Positions 58,601-64,000 of a DNA stretch of 64,000 nucleotides are shown here, one piece after another (position 1 is the stretch's first letter; each line of letters opens with the position of its first letter). The stretch is taken from the NCBI GenBank assembly GCA_965205015.1, contig OZ242029.1, positions 3,520,001-3,584,000 of the forward strand, read 5' to 3'. Both the position numbers and the translations under genes were made by a program. The stretch comes from Candidatus Poribacteria bacterium. Its GTDB lineage: Bacteria; Poribacteria; WGA-4E; WGA-3G. The notes below the pieces were generated by a model. That model saw only the letters and a list, made by a program, of their open reading frames with translations, ran no database searches and was not told where the DNA came from.

Positions 58601-59542
58601 ATGCGTTTCAAAGTAATGCCTAAATATCTTTATCTCACAGCAACCCCAGATGGACTTACAGAGTTAGTGCGTGCGGAGTGCGTTGCGCTGACAGGAGCTG
58701 CGCCAAATACAGAGGGCATCGCGATTTCAGACAAGTGCGTTGATGTCCGTCGAGGGGCGTATCTGAAAAGTTGCAGCGAAATCCTTTTTGAAACAACCAG
58801 CCTCACTGAACTTTGCGCGAACATCAGCTCGATCGGTTTACATGCGGACGAATTTCGAGTTTCTGTCGTAAAAAAGCCCCGCAACCTAAAAATAAACTCT
58901 ATGACACTCGCGCGGGACATCGGTACTGCTATCAGCGGTCGTGCGAATTTATGCCAGCCACGGACGACCTTCCTAACGGTTGTGGCGGCTGATAAAATGT
59001 GGTTCGGACAGCTCCTTTCGGAGTCCGATGGTGTTTGGCTTGCGCATAATCAACGCCCTTATGTGACATCCAGCTCGCTACCGGCTCGGCTTGCGCGTGT
59101 ACTCGTCAATTTAGTGGCATGCCCAGGAGATCGTCTACTTGACCCGTGTTGTGGAACCGGCACTATTGTCATGGCTGCCGCACATAGCGATATCCACGCA
59201 ACGGGTTACGATATTAACCCTCGAATGATAGGGGCAACGACGAAAAATCTGCAGCATTTCGGACTCTCAGCGGACGTAGGACTCGGTGATGCAAGACACA
59301 TTGATGGGCAGTATGACGCGATTGCAACAGATCTACCCTACGGCATTAATCTCGTCAGAAATAACACTCAAGAGATAGAGGTTTTGTCCAATTTACGGAC
59401 ACGTGCGTCGAGAGCAGCGTTCATCGATCTTCGGGATATCAGCAAAACGCTAATCGACCTTGGTTACCAGATTGAGGTGGTTCTACCAGTGCCAAAGTTG
59501 AGCATGGTGCGGCGTATTTTTATTACCTCTATAGTAGCCTAA
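58601..59542 (+). CDS. SAM-dependent RNA methyltransferase (Trm11/TrmG10-like)
   Basis: SSSLPARLAR, LDPCCGTG, TDLPYG; N-terminal THUMP-like region. Confidence 0.7.
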   Translation: MRFKVMPKYLYLTATPDGLTELVRAECVALTGAAPNTEGIAISDKCVDVRRGAYLKSCSEILFETTSLTELCANISSIGLHADEFRVSVVKKPRNLKINSMTLARDIGTAISGRANLCQPRTTFLTVVAADKMWFGQLLSESDGVWLAHNQRPYVTSSSLPARLARVLVNLVACPGDRLLDPCCGTGTIVMAAAHSDIHATGYDINPRMIGATTKNLQHFGLSADVGLGDARHIDGQYDAIATDLPYGINLVRNNTQEIEVLSNLRTRASRAAFIDLRDISKTLIDLGYQIEVVLPVPKLSMVRRIFITSIVA

Positions 59543-59587
59543 GTTGCCACTTTGTAGCATAATCTGTCAGCGGGTGCCGCTTTGGAC

Positions 59588-60028
59588 TCAATAGTCCTCA
59601 ATGTTATCGTAAAAATTCGTTTCTGGTAAGTACTCATCTTCGTTGAGTTCTTCCTCTTCATGGGATTCGTATTCTTTCCGGTCGAGGAGCGTGTCTATTT
59701 CATTTGGGTTCTCAAGCCGAAATTTACAAATCCATCCATCTCCTTCTGGAAAGCGATTGAGAAGTTCAATGTCATCGTCGAGAGCGGCGTTGATTTCGTA
59801 AACTTCACCTGTCACAGGAGCATAGATATAGAAGTTCCTTCCATCTGATGTTTCAACGCGTCCGATAATTTCTCCCTGTTCGTATTCGCCGAGAATTGGT
59901 AACTCTATGAAAACAATGCTGCTGTAGACTTCTTGAATCCGCTCTGTGATTCCAACATTGCACTCCTTTGAAGTGAGAAATTCAATCCATTCGTGTGTAG
60001 TTGTATACTTTATCTCAATGTTTTCCAT
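59588..60028 (-). CDS. Glycine cleavage H-like protein lacking the lipoyl lysine
   Basis: KYTTTHEWI, VGIT, IYAPVTGEVYEIN, GWI; VETSDG replaces VESVKA; GAGGAGG RBS. Confidence 0.8.
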   Translation of the reverse strand: MENIEIKYTTTHEWIEFLTSKECNVGITERIQEVYSSIVFIELPILGEYEQGEIIGRVETSDGRNFYIYAPVTGEVYEINAALDDDIELLNRFPEGDGWICKFRLENPNEIDTLLDRKEYESHEEEELNEDEYLPETNFYDNIEDY

Positions 60029-60127
60029 CCTGAACCTCCTCTCATGAAATATGATAGATTCTATCACTTGACGATTCCAAGGCCTTGGCGTGTCGCTTGG
60101 AAGGGGTCGACGGCGTTTTGCTAATTG

Positions 60128-61240
60128 CTAAAAGGCTTGCCCGATTGAAAAGGCATACACGGCTTTCCCTTGCACGATGTGGATACGTTCTTCATCTACC
60201 ACAACGGGTGTAAATTGCGGTGTATATGCTACGTTGAGGATGATGTTTCCGAATCTGAAACCGATCCCGAAGCAGAGACCTTCTGCTTTCCAGCGCCGTT
60301 CTTCTGTTTCAAATGAGGTGTCTCGCAAAAGAAACACCGATGTGGAACGGTTTTGTGTATCTCTGAGATACCCAATTCTAATCCCAATTCGGTAGCGATA
60401 CCAGGCTTCAGCCCCTATATTTACTCGAATGCCATCGTGGAAAGGCGGATGTGCATCGAAACCGAATCTCAAAGCCACGTCCGATATTTCGCGCTGATAT
60501 GCGATACCGGTGACAATTGTTCGCTCCATTGTATCTGGAATGGAGGGGGCAGAGAAGGAGAGTCCATTGCTCAAATTTTGGACGACTACGCCAATCTGAA
60601 TTGCCTCTCCAATCTGTTGGATAAGCCCGACATTATAAGCGTATCCGTGCCCAAGGTCTTCGTTGCCCTCAGTGTCAATTGCCTTGGACCGAAGCCATTT
60701 CGTGTCAACCCCTACAACTGTGCCCCCGAACAGATGTACGCCGTAACTGAGACCGAGTGCGAGGTTATTTTTCGGAAAATTGTTCAGCGCCTTTCCGAGA
60801 TAGTCCACTCGACGAAACGCCCCGGCTTGTTCAAAAGCGAGTGCCAATCCGAGTGTGCCAAGTTTTCCTACTGGGAATGCCCAATTTAAAGTTTCGACAC
60901 CATAGGCGTGCTGCTCGTACCGACTATAATCCTCATAATTGGCATTTAGGTTCGGTTTGGAAAGCAGGGCGATCGTGCGTGGAAAACGGGTGGCGTGAAT
61001 AACGAATCGGTTTCCCTCTATTCTACTCATGCCGGCCGGATTACTACCTAACGCATTCGCACCGCGGGTTGCGCCGACAAAACTGCCTCCCATCCCATAA
61101 TGTTCGGCTCCAAGCAGCTGTTTGAGGAATCCATCTGCAGACGCTCTTGTGTTTGCCATTGCGGTAGTACTGCTCAAAGCAAAAAAGAGGCTTACCATGC
61201 AGGGTAGGACAGTCGCGACACAATTTTGGACGTATTTCAC
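60128..61240 (-). CDS. PorV/PorQ-like outer-membrane beta-barrel protein
   Basis: GTG start after GAGGTG; signal peptide; GA..GMGG.F...NPAG motif; C-terminal Phe. Confidence 0.7.
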   Translation of the reverse strand: MKYVQNCVATVLPCMVSLFFALSSTTAMANTRASADGFLKQLLGAEHYGMGGSFVGATRGANALGSNPAGMSRIEGNRFVIHATRFPRTIALLSKPNLNANYEDYSRYEQHAYGVETLNWAFPVGKLGTLGLALAFEQAGAFRRVDYLGKALNNFPKNNLALGLSYGVHLFGGTVVGVDTKWLRSKAIDTEGNEDLGHGYAYNVGLIQQIGEAIQIGVVVQNLSNGLSFSAPSIPDTMERTIVTGIAYQREISDVALRFGFDAHPPFHDGIRVNIGAEAWYRYRIGIRIGYLRDTQNRSTSVFLLRDTSFETEERRWKAEGLCFGIGFRFGNIILNVAYTPQFTPVVVDEERIHIVQGKAVYAFSIGQAF

Positions 61241-61255
61241 TTCTCACCTCTTCGT

Positions 61256-61329
61256 AGTTATCAGTTGTCGGTAACATTCCATGAGAGGTTACTGACAACG
61301 GATAACTGTTAGCTGATAACTGAAAACTA
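61256..61329. repeat. Imperfect inverted repeat with iterated CTGATAAC-like units
   Basis: TAGTTATCAGTTGTCGGTAAC...GTTACTGACAACGGATAACTG...CTGATAACTGAAAACTA. Confidence 0.5.
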
Positions 61330-61740
61330 TACGGAACAGAGTGTAACGTGTGCTACGGCATAGTCATTTGTATGGGACATAGAGACGAACAATGTGCTGA
61401 TATTGCGTTCTTGTGCGTAGCGTTGGACTTCGCCGTGTAGAATGATTTCCGGTTTTCCGATCGTATTCGCCCGAATTTCGACATCTTGCCAGCGCATTCC
61501 TGTCGTCAAGCCTGTACCGAGCGCCTTGAGCGTTGCCTCTTTTGCAGCAAAACGTGCAGCAAGCCGCCAATACCGAGACGGGGCATCTCCACAATAAGCA
61601 AGTTCTTGCTGTGTGTAAACCCGTTGTTCAAACCGTGCGCCCCATCGACGTGATGCGTCTCGGATCCGTTCAACTTCAACAATATCAATGCCGATTCCCT
61701 GAATTTTTTGCTGGTGCATCAGATTATCTATAGAGTGCAT
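61327..61740 (-). CDS. acpS: Holo-[acyl-carrier-protein] synthase
   Basis: GIGIDIVE, ARFAAKEA, GKP, SMSH. Confidence 0.93.
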   Translation of the reverse strand: MHSIDNLMHQQKIQGIGIDIVEVERIRDASRRWGARFEQRVYTQQELAYCGDAPSRYWRLAARFAAKEATLKALGTGLTTGMRWQDVEIRANTIGKPEIILHGEVQRYAQERNISTLFVSMSHTNDYAVAHVTLCSV

Positions 61741-62548
61741 CTGTCATTTTGGCAGCACGAGCGTTTGCTTTGACATCATGGACTCGTACAATGTCGGCGC
61801 CGTGTGCGATTGCCCAACACACAGTCGCGGTTGTTCCTTCAACGCGCTCGGTTACAGGGAGGTCTAAAATGTTACCGATAAATGATTTCCGTGACGTCCC
61901 AATAAGCAGAGGTTTGTGTAACCTTCGGAATTCCGAAAGGCGTTTTAGGATTTCAAGGTTGTGTTCCATCGTTTTGCCAAATCCGATCCCTGGGTCGATA
62001 ATGATACGATCGGCACGAATATCTTGGGATTCGGCGGCCTCGATACGCTTCTGAAGCGAATCACAAATTTCGCTAACGACATCGTCATACTGGGGTGCTT
62101 GTTGCATCGTGCGGGGTGTACCTTTCATGTGCATCAGAATGAGTCCCGCTTCCATTTCTGATACAACCGCTGCCATCGCGGTATCTCCGCGTAACGCTGT
62201 GATGTCATTGATAAGATGGGCACCGGCTTCAAGCGCGTGCCGAGCCACTTCAGCTTTATATGTGTCAACGGAAAGAAGAACATCAAAGGTGTCAACAATA
62301 GCGCGAATGACGGGTAGGATTCGCGCCAATTCTTCATTGATAGACACCGGGGATGCCCCGGGGCGGGATGATTCTCCTCCAATATCAATAAGGGTCGCAC
62401 CTTCCGCCACCATCAGTTCGGCGTGTGCGACCGACTGTTCGACATCAAGATAACACCCACCGTCGGAAAAAGAATCGGGTGTGACGTTCAAGATGCCCAT
62501 TACGTGTGTATGTAACCCTAAAGTGAGCGGTTTGCCACGACAGTTCAT
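61724..62548 (-). CDS. folP: Dihydropteroate synthase
   Basis: [41 protein letters not shown]. Confidence 0.95.
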   Translation of the reverse strand: MNCRGKPLTLGLHTHVMGILNVTPDSFSDGGCYLDVEQSVAHAELMVAEGATLIDIGGESSRPGASPVSINEELARILPVIRAIVDTFDVLLSVDTYKAEVARHALEAGAHLINDITALRGDTAMAAVVSEMEAGLILMHMKGTPRTMQQAPQYDDVVSEICDSLQKRIEAAESQDIRADRIIIDPGIGFGKTMEHNLEILKRLSEFRRLHKPLLIGTSRKSFIGNILDLPVTERVEGTTATVCWAIAHGADIVRVHDVKANARAAKMTDALYR

Positions 62549-64000
62549 ACGATTGGTTTCGCGGGCAGTTGTGGCCGGGGTCCGAGGATCTCGTCAATCT
62601 CTTCGGTGACAAGCGTTTCCCGTTCTAAGAGCGCGTCTGCGAGTAACTTTAAGCCTTCAAGATTCGTTTCCAAGATTTCCCGGGCTTTATTATAGCACTC
62701 TGTTACAATATCGTGGACCGCCTTGTCGATTTCAATGGCAGTTTTTTCACTGTAATCCTGATGGACACTTAATTCCTTACCGAGGAAGACCTGTTCGTCG
62801 CGTCTACCGTAGGTCAGGGGTCCCATGTGGCTCATACCCCATTGCGTAACCATTCGGCGTGCGAGACTCGTCGCTTGCTCAAAATCGTTTTGGGCGCCGG
62901 TGGTTTGTTCACCAAATATAATTTCTTCAGCGACTCTGCCACCGAGGGCAAAAATGATGTGCGCAAGGAGACGTTTTTTGCTCATATTATGCCGCTCTTC
63001 GAGAGGGAGTTTCGCCGTTACACCGAGTGCTCTACCGCGTGGAACGATAGTGCACTTGTAGTTTGGATCGCTCTCTGGTACGAAGTGTAGCATAAGTGCG
63101 TGTCCAGCTTCGTGATAAGCCGTAACCCGTCTTTCTTCCTCACTGATGACGAGACTACGTCGTTCGGGACCCATAAGCACACGGTCTTTGGCGTCGTCAA
63201 AGCACATCATGTCGATTTCTTCTTTGTCACATCTTGCGGCAAGTAGGGCAGCTTCGTTCGCCATATTCTCAAGGTCTGCGCCAGAGAACCCCGGTGTTGC
63301 CTTTGCTAATATCTCCAAATTGACATTGTCAGCAAGTTTATAAGGCTCTTTCGTATGGACCTTGAGTATTGCTTCTCTACCCCGAACGTCGGGTAAGTCA
63401 ACAACGATCTGCCGGTCAAATCGACCGGGGCGGAGGAGCGCGGGATCTAAAACATCAGGACGGTTCGTCGCTGCGATGAGTATTACACCTTCGGATGCCT
63501 CAAAACCCTGCATCTCCACGAGGAGCTGGTTTAAGGTTTGCTCGCGTTCATCGTGCCCACCGCCAATACCTGCGCCGCGGTGTCTACCGACGGCATCTAA
63601 CTCATCAATAAAGATAATACAAGGGGCATTCTTCTTTCCAGTTTCAAACAGGTCTCTGACACGGGAGGCACCTACGCCGACAAACATTTCGACGAAGTCG
63701 GAACCGCTGATACTATAGAACGGGACATCCGCCTCACCCGCAACGGCTTGTGCAAGCATTGTTTTACCGGTTCCTGGCGGTCCCATAAGGAGGACCCCTT
63801 TAGGGATTTTACCACCAAGGCGCTCAAACTTTTTGGGTGCCTTTAGAAATTCGATAACTTCCTCAAGTGCTTCCTTCGCCTCATCAACACCCGCGACATC
63901 TTCAAATGTCACTTTCGTTTGGTTTTCAGAGTGAAGCCTGGCACGGCTTTTGCCAAAAGACAAGGCTCGATTCCCGCTGCCTTGCATCTGACGCGACAGG
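62545..64000 (-). CDS. ftsH: ATP-dependent zinc metalloprotease FtsH, 5'-truncated by window edge
   Basis: [26 protein letters not shown]. Confidence 0.95.
   Translation of the reverse strand, partial: LSRQMQGSGNRALSFGKSRARLHSENQTKVTFEDVAGVDEAKEALEEVIEFLKAPKKFERLGGKIPKGVLLMGPPGTGKTMLAQAVAGEADVPFYSISGSDFVEMFVGVGASRVRDLFETGKKNAPCIIFIDELDAVGRHRGAGIGGGHDEREQTLNQLLVEMQGFEASEGVILIAATNRPDVLDPALLRPGRFDRQIVVDLPDVRGREAILKVHTKEPYKLADNVNLEILAKATPGFSGADLENMANEAALLAARCDKEEIDMMCFDDAKDRVLMGPERRSLVISEEERRVTAYHEAGHALMLHFVPESDPNYKCTIVPRGRALGVTAKLPLEERHNMSKKRLLAHIIFALGGRVAEEIIFGEQTTGAQNDFEQATSLARRMVTQWGMSHMGPLTYGRRDEQVFLGKELSVHQDYSEKTAIEIDKAVHDIVTECYNKAREILETNLEGLKLLADALLERETLVTEEIDEILGPRPQLPAKPIV

Noticed and set aside
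1-64000. tRNA, rRNA or known riboswitch families
   Set aside because: None recognised by eye; a covariance-model scan would be needed to exclude them.

Overview
A gene-dense bacterial chromosome segment (about 50 CDS). Housekeeping genes include dusB, dapF, dapA, alr, dnaE, acnA, a DinG-family helicase, an HtrA-family protease, mqnD, acpS, folP and a 5'-truncated ftsH. They are mixed with TPR, FG-GAP/ASPIC-UnbV, PorV-like, flotillin and beta/gamma-crystallin proteins. The gene content and intergenic repeat style suggest Candidatus Poribacteria (inference, not verified). No rRNA, tRNA, CRISPR array or transposase was recognised. Main observations: (1) two different GTAG-type REP hairpin families occur both empty and with their loops filled by the same modular A/C-rich units (CGCAGAAAT, ACCCTATCAA, ACCCAAGCAAA), which suggests a process that writes short repeats into hairpin loops; (2) an AhpD-like selenoprotein (CxxU, in-frame TGA plus SECIS-like hairpin) that the ORF track splits in two; (3) a 195-bp MITE-like insertion whose removal restores a clean potB/potC overlap; (4) two deletion-scar pseudogenes; (5) several proteins with altered signature residues or archaeal/eukaryote-type affinities.
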